From Capsulimonadales bacterium (lineage in GTDB: Bacteria > Armatimonadota > Armatimonadia > Armatimonadales > Armatimonadaceae): a stretch of DNA of 64,000 nucleotides. This document shows positions 1 through 9,000 of the stretch, one piece after another. The notes below the pieces were generated by a model that saw only the letters and a program-made list of their open reading frames with translations, did no database searches and was not told where the DNA came from. The first letter of the stretch is position 1. Every line of letters starts with the position of its first letter. The translations under genes were made by a program, and so were the position numbers. Where the stretch lies: the NCBI GenBank assembly GCA_033762295.1, contig JANRLW010000051.1, forward strand, positions 1-64,000, given 5' to 3'.

Positions 1-2
1 CG

Positions 3-2837
3 CTGTTCGAACTGTCTACCGGGAAAAAGGTAGGGACGCTCCGGATGAACCGCCCCGGCGACGGGATGGGCGCGGTCGCCTTCGCGCCGGACGGCAGCGG
101 CGCCATGGTGACCGGGGGCGCACATGGCCCGCCCGATTCCGACTTTCTGATGCTCTGGAATGCCACCTCCCCGAATGATCCCAGAGCCGGCGCATTACTG
201 CACGGGCACGAGCGATTCGTCCTTGCGGTCGCATTTTCGCCGGATGGCAAGACGATAGCCAGTGCGGGGCGGGATCGTGCGATCCGTTTGTGGAACCGGA
301 CGACCGGTGCGCCGATATCCGTCCTGGGCGGTGCGCAACAGATTCTCGCGGTCGCCGCGCAACCGGGACCGGACGGGAAATATCTGGCGAGCGGGGGCGC
401 CGACGGTTTGGTGCGGATATGGGATCGTCGTACGGGCGAGAGGAAACTGGTTCTCACCGGACACACCGGATCGGTTACCTCCGTCGCCTATACCCCGGAC
501 GGCAAACTGCTGGCGAGTGGTGGTCGTGACCGGACGATTCGGCTCTGGGATGCGGAGACCGGCCAGGCGGTCAGAACCGTTACCGCCGCAACGGGCGTCG
601 TCCATGCCCTGGCGTTTCTGCCGGAGGGTAAGGGTTTGATTGCGGGATGCGCCGGTAAGGACGGCGGCAATGGCACGATCCTTCGGATCGCCACGGAAAC
701 GGGTCAGGTCGTGAAGACGTTCGAGGAGACCAACACGGTCGGACCGGTCGTCGCCATCGCCGTATCTCCGGACGGGACATCGGTGGCGGCCGGCACCGGA
801 ACCATCGGTTCGAGTCAGGTGCGTTTCCACGATAACGAGACCGGAGCGCTCCGGAAGACGGACGAGATTCCGATGCCGGTGACCTCCGTTGCGTTTTCGC
901 AGGATGGCAAGATGGTCGCCGTAGGTACCGCACAACGGATGAGAGAGGATAACGCCTCGCCCGTCGGTGAAGAGATCCGCCTGTATCACGGACAGACATT
1001 CGTTTATCAAAAATCCTTGCTTGGCCCACGGGTCCGTAAAGATACCGATCCCGATGAATCTCCGGAAGCCGGGATCGCCGCTTTGGCCTTTGCGGAAAAA
1101 GGAAAGGCCCTGGTCAGTTCCGGGTTGGATGGCTGTCTTCGACTATGGAACCCCCGTACCGGAAACGGTCCGATTACCACTCTCCCCGGCCAACATCTGG
1201 GCGAGGCGACAGGCGCTATCGCTGTCTATGGCGATGATCGAGTGGCTACCGGCGGACGCGATAACGCGCTCCTGATCCACAAGACAAGTTCCGCCCTGGA
1301 AACCGGACTATTGCTGGCGACTCTATTGTCCGTTTCCGGTGACCGACCGGGCGATCCCGATGACGATTATCTGACGGTAACGGGGGACGGCTACTACGAC
1401 GGTTCCTCCGGAGCGGCACGGCGCATTACCTGGCGTGTCGGCGACGATCTGTTTCCGGTGGAAGCCTACGAGGACGCCCTGCGCAAACCCGAAGAGGTTC
1501 GCAAAGCCCTGGTGGGTAATGTGACGGATGCGCGGAGCACCCCGAGCGGTGGAAATGGGGTCCCCCCTTCCGCAGAACCGATGATCGCCCCGCTCCGCAA
1601 CCGGTTCGCCAGGGGAGAGGTCGTACCTCCGCAGGTCGCTTTCGAAATTCCTTCGGATGGCGACTCGCTCCCGAATGCGAACATGGTGACCGTCCGAGTG
1701 GCCGTCAGCGATGCCAAAAAAGTCGACCGTCTGGAGGTGCTCGCCAACGGACGAGCCATCGGTGCAAAACCGATCCAACTCGGTTCCAAGCCGATTCAGC
1801 TGGGGAGCAAGCCCATACAACTTGGCAGTAAGCCGATCCAACTTGGCTCCAAGCCGATTCAGTTAGGCAGTAAACCGATTCAAATGGGATCGAAAATAAT
1901 CCCGTCCGGTCACACGATTGAGCAGACCTTTGAGGTGAAGGTCCCCATTCCCGCCGGCAACGACCCGGTTACCCTGACCGCCGTGGCCTATGGCGCCGAT
2001 AACCTCTCCGGGCGTGAACAGATTCATCTCCTGCGCGGTGGCTCGGTAGGAACCGGTGAAACCGGCGGTAATCTGTACATTCTTGCGATAGGGGTCAGCG
2101 CCTACCGGAATCCCAGGTTCAACCTCAAGTATGCTCGCAATGATGCCGAAGCATTTTCCAACTTGTGGAAAGCTCCGACCGGTGGTGGCATTCCCCTGTA
2201 CAACAAGGTGGAAACGCGACTGGTTTGTGATGCGGAAGCGACCACCTCCGGAGTTCGTGCCGCACTCGCGAAACTATTGGAAACGGCCACGGAGAAGGAT
2301 ACGGTCGCGCTCTTTTTGTCGGGGCATGGAATGCGGATCGGGGAGGGAAACTACTACTTCGCCACGACGGATATTGATCCCTTAACGGCGGACTCCGTGG
2401 CAAAGACGGCGTTGCCCTGGACCGCCCTACAAACGACACTTGCCGGCATCAAGGCACGACGCGTCCTTCTCTTCCTGGATGCCTGCCATTCCGGCGGGGC
2501 ATTGGGCGAAGGACAGCAGGCGAGTGGCGAACGAATGGCGGAACTCCTGGCAAAACGGGCCGGAGTCCTGGTTTTTTCCTCGAGCCGGGGCAGCGAGTAC
2601 TCCTACGAACTGGATAGCCGGAAGCACGGTGCCTTCACTGCGGCGCTCATGGAGGCCATCGGCGGAAAAGCCGACCTGGATATCGCGGGCGGCGGCAAAG
2701 ACGGCGTCATCACGGCCGAGGAGATGCTGGCCTTTCTCCGTGCCCGGGTTCCCCAGCTCACCGAGAACCGCCAAACCCCCACCTGCCCTCTCCTGCGTGA
2801 TTTCGGAGACGCCTATCCCATCGCGCGTCTTCGGTAA
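3..2837 (+). CDS. WD40-repeat + Ig-like + caspase-like (peptidase C14) protein, 5'-truncated by window edge
   Basis: Frame is open from position 3 (LFELSTGKKVGTLRM...). Multiple WD40 repeats (GHERFVLAVAFSPDG...IRLWN; GHTGSVTSVAYTPDG...IRLWD). C-terminal caspase fold motifs LAIGVSAY, FLSGHG (His), FLDACHSG (Cys), HGAFT, QTP. Confidence 0.9.
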   Translation: MFELSTGKKVGTLRMNRPGDGMGAVAFAPDGSGAMVTGGAHGPPDSDFLMLWNATSPNDPRAGALLHGHERFVLAVAFSPDGKTIASAGRDRAIRLWNRTTGAPISVLGGAQQILAVAAQPGPDGKYLASGGADGLVRIWDRRTGERKLVLTGHTGSVTSVAYTPDGKLLASGGRDRTIRLWDAETGQAVRTVTAATGVVHALAFLPEGKGLIAGCAGKDGGNGTILRIATETGQVVKTFEETNTVGPVVAIAVSPDGTSVAAGTGTIGSSQVRFHDNETGALRKTDEIPMPVTSVAFSQDGKMVAVGTAQRMREDNASPVGEEIRLYHGQTFVYQKSLLGPRVRKDTDPDESPEAGIAALAFAEKGKALVSSGLDGCLRLWNPRTGNGPITTLPGQHLGEATGAIAVYGDDRVATGGRDNALLIHKTSSALETGLLLATLLSVSGDRPGDPDDDYLTVTGDGYYDGSSGAARRITWRVGDDLFPVEAYEDALRKPEEVRKALVGNVTDARSTPSGGNGVPPSAEPMIAPLRNRFARGEVVPPQVAFEIPSDGDSLPNANMVTVRVAVSDAKKVDRLEVLANGRAIGAKPIQLGSKPIQLGSKPIQLGSKPIQLGSKPIQLGSKPIQMGSKIIPSGHTIEQTFEVKVPIPAGNDPVTLTAVAYGADNLSGREQIHLLRGGSVGTGETGGNLYILAIGVSAYRNPRFNLKYARNDAEAFSNLWKAPTGGGIPLYNKVETRLVCDAEATTSGVRAALAKLLETATEKDTVALFLSGHGMRIGEGNYYFATTDIDPLTADSVAKTALPWTALQTTLAGIKARRVLLFLDACHSGGALGEGQQASGERMAELLAKRAGVLVFSSSRGSEYSYELDSRKHGAFTAALMEAIGGKADLDIAGGGKDGVITAEEMLAFLRARVPQLTENRQTPTCPLLRDFGDAYPIARLR
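1767..1892 (+). repeat. Six tandem 21-bp units encoding KPIQLGS x5 and KPIQMGS x1
   Basis: Read directly: AAACCGATCCAACTCGGTTCC / AAGCCGATTCAGCTGGGGAGC / AAGCCCATACAACTTGGCAGT / AAGCCGATCCAACTTGGCTCC / AAGCCGATTCAGTTAGGCAGT / AAACCGATTCAAATGGGATCG. Confidence 0.97.
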
Positions 2838-2885
2838 TGGGCGGCGATATCCTCCGGGGTTTCCCTACGAAAGATCCTCCGGTTC

Positions 2886-5231
2886 TCAGTCTTTCGATGC
2901 CTTTCGGCCCCGGTCCGGCAGCAAGCATTCCGCCTGCAGGTTCCCCCCCTGCGGGAACGCTTCTTTCGACCCGTCCGGGAGCATCAGATAGGTCGGCACC
3001 CCGACCGGCGTTCTTGCTTCCAGACGGAACCGCTTCCGGTCCGTCCGCCAGGCGACGGCGACCTCCCCTTCCGGGGTCATCAGGCGTCCGGCGGCATCCG
3101 CAAAAACCGGATGCGGTCGAAGCCCGATCGACGCAAATCCGGGCTGGCGCGGAACCACTCCCAGAACCGTCGAAAGGAACTCGACCGGCAGCCAGGCGGA
3201 CCAGGCATGGCAGTCCGAGCGCACCCCCGGCCCCGTGGATTCCGGCCAGGTCGTCAGGTGAAGGTCCAGGAACGCGCGATACTCGGGCAGGTACTGCGCC
3301 GTCGCCACGTCATACTCCCCCGCCTCGCGCATGGCCTGCGCGAACGGAAGCCCCTGCTGCAACGTCATCTTTGCCGCCGGCACGCCCTTTCGTATCGACC
3401 GAACCAGTCTGCGCCGCTGTCCCGGCTTGACCGCACCGGCCAGAATCGCCATCGCCTGGGTATGCTGGCTCACCGGCGCCTCCGGGAAGGCGACGCGCTC
3501 CACGAAGACCTCGCGTTTTTCCGACCAGGCGGACCGCACCGCCGCCAGCAGACGCCGACGGGTCGGCTCCCACCGTGCGACGTCCTCCGCATAGCCGACC
3601 GCCCGATGCAGGAAACGAGCCGTTTCCAGAGCGTACAGGAACAGCGCGGTCGCGTATACCGAACCGCCGTCGCGCAGAGCGTCCGCGACATCCGTACCCG
3701 GCGCATCGTCGCCGCCGATCGGATTCCAGTAAGGAAGCGCGGCGAGGAATCCGTCCTGGCGCAGGAGGTTCCGGAAGTACGACAGCACCGCATCGACCGT
3801 TATCAGGCAGCCACGCACAAACTCCCGCTCCCGGTCGCCCGCCCAGTCATAGAGATCGCGCACCATCGGAATCCACCAGAGCGCGAACAAGGGAATCGTC
3901 TGCCGCAGAGACGACGGCGTTCGAGAGGAGAGCATCCCGTCCGGGCGCAACGTGTCCCGAAACAGGCGGATCGTCCGTTTCGGAAGCGCCGTCTCCCCGC
4001 ACAGATACATCGAGAGCAACGCCTCGTTCCGCGCATCGTACAGGTAGTTCAGTTGCTCGTAGCCGGGGCAATCCTCGTAGGTTTCGTGCGAGCAGAGTTG
4101 CAGCGTCCGCCAGGAGACCTCCATCATCGTTTCGATATCGGGTTCCCCGCTTTTGAATTCCGCCCGCAGCGTCTGCGGATAGGTGGTAAAGCGGTAGGAC
4201 GCGTCCCGTAGCGTACAGGGCTCCTCACCGGGCAGAACGCGTACCCGCACGTAACGGAACGTTCGCCAGTGGAACGGCTCGTAGGTAAACACTCCGCCCG
4301 GCAGGATTACCGTATCCTGATAACCCTGCAGAATGCCCTTTTCGAGATCGTCCCGCACGCCTTTTTCCAATCGTCCGCCGCCGCCCCAGAGATAAGGCCG
4401 GCCATCATCGGGCTTTTCCGTCCGGTGCCAGACGTTTTCGGAGTAGAGAATCTCCACACGCCGTCCCGCCCCGCCCTCAAATACGAGCACGGGATAGCCG
4501 GTGGTCAGGACGTCGGTTTGCAGGAGGAATTCGTCCGCCGTATGCGTTGGCGGGGAGGTGAAGGCCCGCGGTTCCTCCGTCAGCGCCGGCAGTTCGCGGG
4601 GAACGAAATTCCAGACGAGGCCGGCCTCGGGGTCGCCGCCAGCGGCGGTCAGCGGGAACACGGCGGAGGCAACGGGCCAGTCCGAGTCGTCGAATTCCGG
4701 CGTCTCCCAGCCCTGCGGGTAGAGACGCCCGTCGAATTGCTCCATACCGCCCATAAACAGATGGGCGTTACAGGTGTATGGCGTCCGATCCCAGGTTAGC
4801 GCGGCGCAGTCGAACGCTTTCCACTTTCCCGGCGTATCCAGACCCAGCGATTCCGGTCCCTGCACCAGCAGACCGGGGAAGCCGCTATGCTCCTCCGAAA
4901 GCGGCCCGTTGTATCCGAACCAGAGAACGGCGACGGCGAGGACGTTTCTCCCCGGTTTCAGCAGGGGGGCGATCTCGTACTCCTCGACCGTGTAACGGCT
5001 CAGCGTGCCCTTCAGCGGACCCCGCCCGACCCGCTGTCCGTTGACATGGAGGATATACCGGCTGTCGGCGGTGACGAACAACCGGCAGGACGGGGGTGGG
5101 TTCGCCCCGTCGAAGACGCGACGAAAGAGCGCGAACTCGCCGGCATTATCCCGTCGTCGATCGGGCCAGGCGAAACCGGCGCGCCATCGGGCCGGAAGAA
5201 GACTGTCGAGAATCAGGGCATCGGGGTTCAT
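2886..5231 (-). CDS. Alpha-L-rhamnosidase family (GH78-like) glycoside hydrolase
   Basis: 781 aa; N-terminal TADSRYILHVNG, ETYEDCPGYEQL, C-terminal SDCHAWSA motifs typical of GH78 proteins. Confidence 0.85.
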   Translation of the reverse strand: MNPDALILDSLLPARWRAGFAWPDRRRDNAGEFALFRRVFDGANPPPSCRLFVTADSRYILHVNGQRVGRGPLKGTLSRYTVEEYEIAPLLKPGRNVLAVAVLWFGYNGPLSEEHSGFPGLLVQGPESLGLDTPGKWKAFDCAALTWDRTPYTCNAHLFMGGMEQFDGRLYPQGWETPEFDDSDWPVASAVFPLTAAGGDPEAGLVWNFVPRELPALTEEPRAFTSPPTHTADEFLLQTDVLTTGYPVLVFEGGAGRRVEILYSENVWHRTEKPDDGRPYLWGGGGRLEKGVRDDLEKGILQGYQDTVILPGGVFTYEPFHWRTFRYVRVRVLPGEEPCTLRDASYRFTTYPQTLRAEFKSGEPDIETMMEVSWRTLQLCSHETYEDCPGYEQLNYLYDARNEALLSMYLCGETALPKRTIRLFRDTLRPDGMLSSRTPSSLRQTIPLFALWWIPMVRDLYDWAGDREREFVRGCLITVDAVLSYFRNLLRQDGFLAALPYWNPIGGDDAPGTDVADALRDGGSVYATALFLYALETARFLHRAVGYAEDVARWEPTRRRLLAAVRSAWSEKREVFVERVAFPEAPVSQHTQAMAILAGAVKPGQRRRLVRSIRKGVPAAKMTLQQGLPFAQAMREAGEYDVATAQYLPEYRAFLDLHLTTWPESTGPGVRSDCHAWSAWLPVEFLSTVLGVVPRQPGFASIGLRPHPVFADAAGRLMTPEGEVAVAWRTDRKRFRLEARTPVGVPTYLMLPDGSKEAFPQGGNLQAECLLPDRGRKASKD

Positions 5232-5275
5232 GTCCGTCGATTTCGCCGGAGGCGGTCCCGTCTCCTGCCCGGTCG

Positions 5276-5300
5276 GTCCCGACCCGCTGGGGGTCGGGAC
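5276..5300 (-). terminator. GC-rich hairpin downstream of the 5313-5588 gene
   Basis: GTCCCGACCC-gctgg-GGGTCGGGAC perfect 10-bp inverted repeat; no clear U-tract. Confidence 0.45.
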
Positions 5301-5312
5301 GGAGCAACGCGG

Positions 5313-5588
5313 CTACCGCCGATCGGCGGGATCGCCGAGCGGGTCCATGCTGGCCGGCAGAATATTCTGATCCGCCGGATCGCCGAGCGGGTCCTGGCTC
5401 GCGGGCAGCACCTCCTGTCCGTTGTAACCGCCGGTCTGCGACACACCGTAGTCGGGACCGTCGTAGCCATGCTGTCGGAACAGCCCACCGAGTTGCCCCA
5501 GAATGCCGTCGGTATCGACCGTATCATTCTGCCGGGTCTGTCGATCGAACAGCCCCGAAACCTGATGAAAAAGAGAACCCAGATCCAT
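5313..5588 (-). CDS. Small hypothetical protein with two LPAS(Q/M)DPLGDPAD repeats
   Basis: 91 aa ORF; AAGGA upstream; duplicated 16-aa motif at the C-terminus. Confidence 0.75.
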   Translation of the reverse strand: MDLGSLFHQVSGLFDRQTRQNDTVDTDGILGQLGGLFRQHGYDGPDYGVSQTGGYNGQEVLPASQDPLGDPADQNILPASMDPLGDPADRR

Positions 5589-5609
5589 TGTTTTATTCCT
5601 TTCGCAGAG

Positions 5610-6143
5610 TTAACGCAGCGTGCGCGGACCGCCGACCGCGCCGGAGGACATCATAGAGTCGTCGAAATCGGAGAACGGCTGAGTTCGGTAGCCGGACGGA
5701 GCCGCGGGCGCTTCTCCGCGATACTGACGGTAGTTCGGAGCGTAACGCTGTACCTCCTCGGTCGGAACCTGCATCCCCTGGTTCGGGACGGTCAGCCAGA
5801 CCGGCCGGCCGTTCGCATCCCGGTAGTAAATGCCGCCGTTGCGGGAGCGATACAGCTGAGGCGTTCGACCGTTACCGGCGACATTTCCGGTCTGTCCGGC
5901 GGGGACATTGCGGGCACGTTCGGCATTCGCCTGGTGTTTGCGCCAGAGAAAGTACAGCAACGCCGCACCGCTCAGCAACAGCACCTTTTTCCCCGTGCTC
6001 ATACCCCGACGGGGCTGAGCGCTCTCCTGCTTTCGAGTAAAGATCTGTGCCGAAACCGGCGCTGCCAGCAGCGGCAACAGCAAATGAACGGCCAGCACGG
6101 CCGCTGCCAGACGGTTCCGGAACGAAACCGATCGCTTCGTCAT
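5610..6143 (-). CDS. Hypothetical exported/membrane protein
   Basis: 177 aa; AAGGAG RBS, signal peptide ending VSA-Q, second hydrophobic segment KKVLLLSGAALLYFLW, YRSRNGGIYYRDANG motif. Confidence 0.8.
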   Translation of the reverse strand: MTKRSVSFRNRLAAAVLAVHLLLPLLAAPVSAQIFTRKQESAQPRRGMSTGKKVLLLSGAALLYFLWRKHQANAERARNVPAGQTGNVAGNGRTPQLYRSRNGGIYYRDANGRPVWLTVPNQGMQVPTEEVQRYAPNYRQYRGEAPAAPSGYRTQPFSDFDDSMMSSGAVGGPRTLR

Positions 6144-6236
6144 CGTTGTCTCCTTTTCCGCCCCTTTCTGTCGGAGCGTGGGTGGCGATTCTTTCGATGA
6201 GGAAGTAGGGAAATCGGAAAGTCGTGTTCCGGATTT

Positions 6237-8387
6237 TCACGGGGTCGCGGACGGTCGGGGGTTCAGCCGGCGAGCGAGCAGCAGGGACGCGATCAGAAGC
6301 AGCCAGCCGACGATGCCCGCCGCCAGCCCGATACGAAAAGAGAGGGGCCAGACCCCGGCCTCCGGCGCGGGAGCGAAGTCCGCTCCGTCCGGATTCCGGT
6401 AGATGACCATATCCTCCCCGGCATAGACGGATTCGAAACCGGCAGCCGAGAGATCGGGAGCGTCCGGCGGTACGACCAGATACCTGGCCCGGAGAGTGCG
6501 CGCCGCCTCGACGCTTTTGACGAGGACCATGTTGCCGTTTTCGGGGGGCGCGGGATCCTCGCCGCCCGCTGCCCGAACGCGCTCCCGGGATTCCGCCGGA
6601 AACAGGGAGTCATACCCGGCCAGGTCATGCAGCCCGTAAACGGTCAATCCGTTGGGCGGAAGGACGGCATGAACCGGGGGCCTCCCGGCGTAGAGGCTCC
6701 AGTTTCGATTGAGCGGGGCGATCAACGCGTTCCCGGCATTGGCCTGCAGCCAGGCGATTCCCGGCGTTACCGGATAGACCTCGGCCGCCGGTCGGGTCGG
6801 GTTATAGCCGTACCCCTGGACGAACAGATCGGTCAGGGCGAGCGCCACGGCGGCGGGGCCGAGGAACGGACGCGGCGAGGACGCGCCGGCGAAAAGCAGG
6901 ACCGCTCCCAGCGCAAGGTGCAGGACGGCCATTCCGATTCCGGGCAGAGCGACGGTCAACAACGGGCCGAAGGACGTGCCGGGCAACGCGGACGCGGCGT
7001 ATCCGGCCGCCTGATTCGCTCCGAAGGCGGCCAGCAGCGTCGGCAGGATCAGGGCGACGACCGCCGCCCGGCGCTTGGCCGGCGGCGTCACCGCCGGGTT
7101 CGACAGGGCATCCAGTCCGAGCGCGGCCAGAACGGCGAAAGCCAAAGCGGCGACGACCAGAATCCGACCGGGGTTCGCCAGTTGCCCGAACCCCGGAACC
7201 AGAAAGAAGAGCGGCAGATTGATCGGCGTCCCGAAGGCGATCAACAGCGTCACGGCAAGAATCGCCGCAAACAGTCCGCGTTCCTGGTTGTGCTGCCCGC
7301 CCTTCCAGGGCAGAGCCAGCGCGAAGACGGCGAGCATCAACGGCAGTACACCGACATAACCGCACCATTCCGCATAATTGTTGCTGTTCCAGTAGAATCC
7401 CTCGTTCCGATTGGGATGTCCGAAGAAATCCGGAACGAGAAAGGCGACCAGTTGACGGACGGGGACGGCCGACGCCGTGAACGCCTGATACGCCTCCATC
7501 GTCGGCGGACCGGACGCGGCGCGATGCGAGATGCGGGAGAGTTCCAGGACCGGCAACACCTGCGGCAGAGCGACTCCGATCAGGACGACTCCTGCGACGA
7601 CGGCGGTCAGCAGCCATCGGGGAACCGTCGTCCGCTTTTGCCCTCGAACGGCGATATGCCCCTCCCAGAGCAGGGAGATCCCGGCGGCCAGCAGTCCGTA
7701 GAAGGCGATCTGCAGATGCCCCGCGAGCAGCATCAGTCCGCCGACCGCCCCCGCGCCGACCCCGTTTCGCAGGCCGCAGGGAGTACCCGCCCGCCGGTTC
7801 GCCCGGCGAATCAACAGCAGTATCCAGGGTATCCAGCAGGATACCGCCAGAAAGGTCGGCAGGGCGAGCCAGGTTATGACCGGACCGGAGAGGCCGAAGA
7901 CGGTCGCGCCGAGGAGGCAGGCGGAACGGCGCAGTTCCAGGGCGCGGAGATAGTGATACGTCCCTTTTATCCCGATCAGCAGATGTAAAGCGGCGGACAG
8001 GCCGAACGCATAGGGAAAGACGCCGATCAGATAACAGAGGAGAAACAGGAGGTTGGGCGGATAGAGCGGCGCGGACTGGGAGTTGGCCAGAAGCGGCGTC
8101 CCGCCGGAGGCGGCGAAGGCATACGGGTTTCGGAGCGGCAGTCGTCCCTGCGCCTGCTGCCGTGCCACCTCCAATCGCCAGGGATAGAACTGGGTAATAC
8201 CATCGAACCGGAGGACATTCCAGGGTTCCGGTTGGCTGACGACGGTTTTATAGGGCTGGAGGTGACCGAGTTGATCCGCGGGCAGGAACGCCTCACCGAG
8301 GAAGAGGGCGCGATGGAAAAGGAGCAGGGGTATCAGAAAGAGAAGGAGCGAGGCGAAGCGGCGAGCCGAAAGGCGACCTGTCATCAC
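6237..8387 (-). CDS. YfhO-like polytopic membrane protein (possible GT-C fold)
   Basis: 716 aa, many TM segments; QFYPWR...LPLRNPY...GTPLLANSQSAPLYP, LLAGHLQ and GYDSL motifs resemble YfhO-family proteins. Confidence 0.75.
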   Translation of the reverse strand: MMTGRLSARRFASLLLFLIPLLLFHRALFLGEAFLPADQLGHLQPYKTVVSQPEPWNVLRFDGITQFYPWRLEVARQQAQGRLPLRNPYAFAASGGTPLLANSQSAPLYPPNLLFLLCYLIGVFPYAFGLSAALHLLIGIKGTYHYLRALELRRSACLLGATVFGLSGPVITWLALPTFLAVSCWIPWILLLIRRANRRAGTPCGLRNGVGAGAVGGLMLLAGHLQIAFYGLLAAGISLLWEGHIAVRGQKRTTVPRWLLTAVVAGVVLIGVALPQVLPVLELSRISHRAASGPPTMEAYQAFTASAVPVRQLVAFLVPDFFGHPNRNEGFYWNSNNYAEWCGYVGVLPLMLAVFALALPWKGGQHNQERGLFAAILAVTLLIAFGTPINLPLFFLVPGFGQLANPGRILVVAALAFAVLAALGLDALSNPAVTPPAKRRAAVVALILPTLLAAFGANQAAGYAASALPGTSFGPLLTVALPGIGMAVLHLALGAVLLFAGASSPRPFLGPAAVALALTDLFVQGYGYNPTRPAAEVYPVTPGIAWLQANAGNALIAPLNRNWSLYAGRPPVHAVLPPNGLTVYGLHDLAGYDSLFPAESRERVRAAGGEDPAPPENGNMVLVKSVEAARTLRARYLVVPPDAPDLSAAGFESVYAGEDMVIYRNPDGADFAPAPEAGVWPLSFRIGLAAGIVGWLLLIASLLLARRLNPRPSATP

Positions 8388-8396
8388 GCGATAGTT

Positions 8397-8750
8397 CTAG
8401 GCGAGAAAATCCAGCTGCTTGATGGCTTCGTCGTTGAAGGGATCGAGGGTCAGTACGTGTTGAAAGGCTTTTTTGGCTTTGTCATCCTCACCGAACATGG
8501 CATAGGTCTTGCCGAGACTGATGATGAAGGCGATGTTGTTGGGGGAGAGTCGGACCGCCTTTTCCAGGGTGACGATGGTATCGTCATGCACACGGAACCC
8601 GTAGACCAGTCCGAGTTCGTGGTATGCGTCGGCATTTTGCGGTTGTTCGTCGATCACGGATCGGAAAAGCCGTTCGGCTTCGTCATACTCGCCGTTCAAT
8701 TTGTGCTGCACGCCTTTTGCAAACCGTTCCGCGGCACTGCCCTCAGCCAT
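8397..8750 (-). CDS. Small tetratricopeptide repeat protein
   Basis: TPR-like helices (PQNADAYHELG, LEKAVRLSPNN, LTLDPFN). Start set at MAEG by RBS spacing; the longer ORF N-terminus covers a promoter. Confidence 0.85.
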   Translation of the reverse strand: MAEGSAAERFAKGVQHKLNGEYDEAERLFRSVIDEQPQNADAYHELGLVYGFRVHDDTIVTLEKAVRLSPNNIAFIISLGKTYAMFGEDDKAKKAFQHVLTLDPFNDEAIKQLDFLA

Positions 8751-8873
8751 AGGGTTCATCCTTTCGGCGCGTTCCGTCCCACCCGTTCCGACACGCACAC
8801 CGGCAAAGTCACCGAATCGTCGCCGCGGAACGGGTATCCCGACCGTTCGCGGCTCCGGCCCTCTTGCGTCCGA

Positions 8874-8902
8874 ATTGTAGCATCTTATTTTGGGGAAATC
8901 AA
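8874..8902 (-). promoter_or_regulatory. Sigma70-type promoter for the TPR/YfhO genes
   Basis: Minus strand TTGATT-17 nt-TACAAT with extended -10 TG. Confidence 0.6.
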
Positions 8903-8957
8903 CCGTGCGGCAGGAAGTACGGCGTTTCCTGACCATAACAGTACCGGTTCAGCCAAA

Positions 8958-8992
8958 CATCCTGCAACGATCCGTCGGATCGTCGCAGGATG
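8958..8992 (-). terminator. Intrinsic terminator after sigH
   Basis: Minus strand CATCCTGCGACGATCC-gac-GGATCGTTGCAGGATG followed by TTT, just after the sigH stop. Confidence 0.65.
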
Positions 8993-9000
8993 CACACCGT

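Noticed and set aside
1767..1892. 21-bp repeat array as a CRISPR or VNTR
   Set aside because: No spacers, in frame, units differ at synonymous sites; no cas genes in the window.
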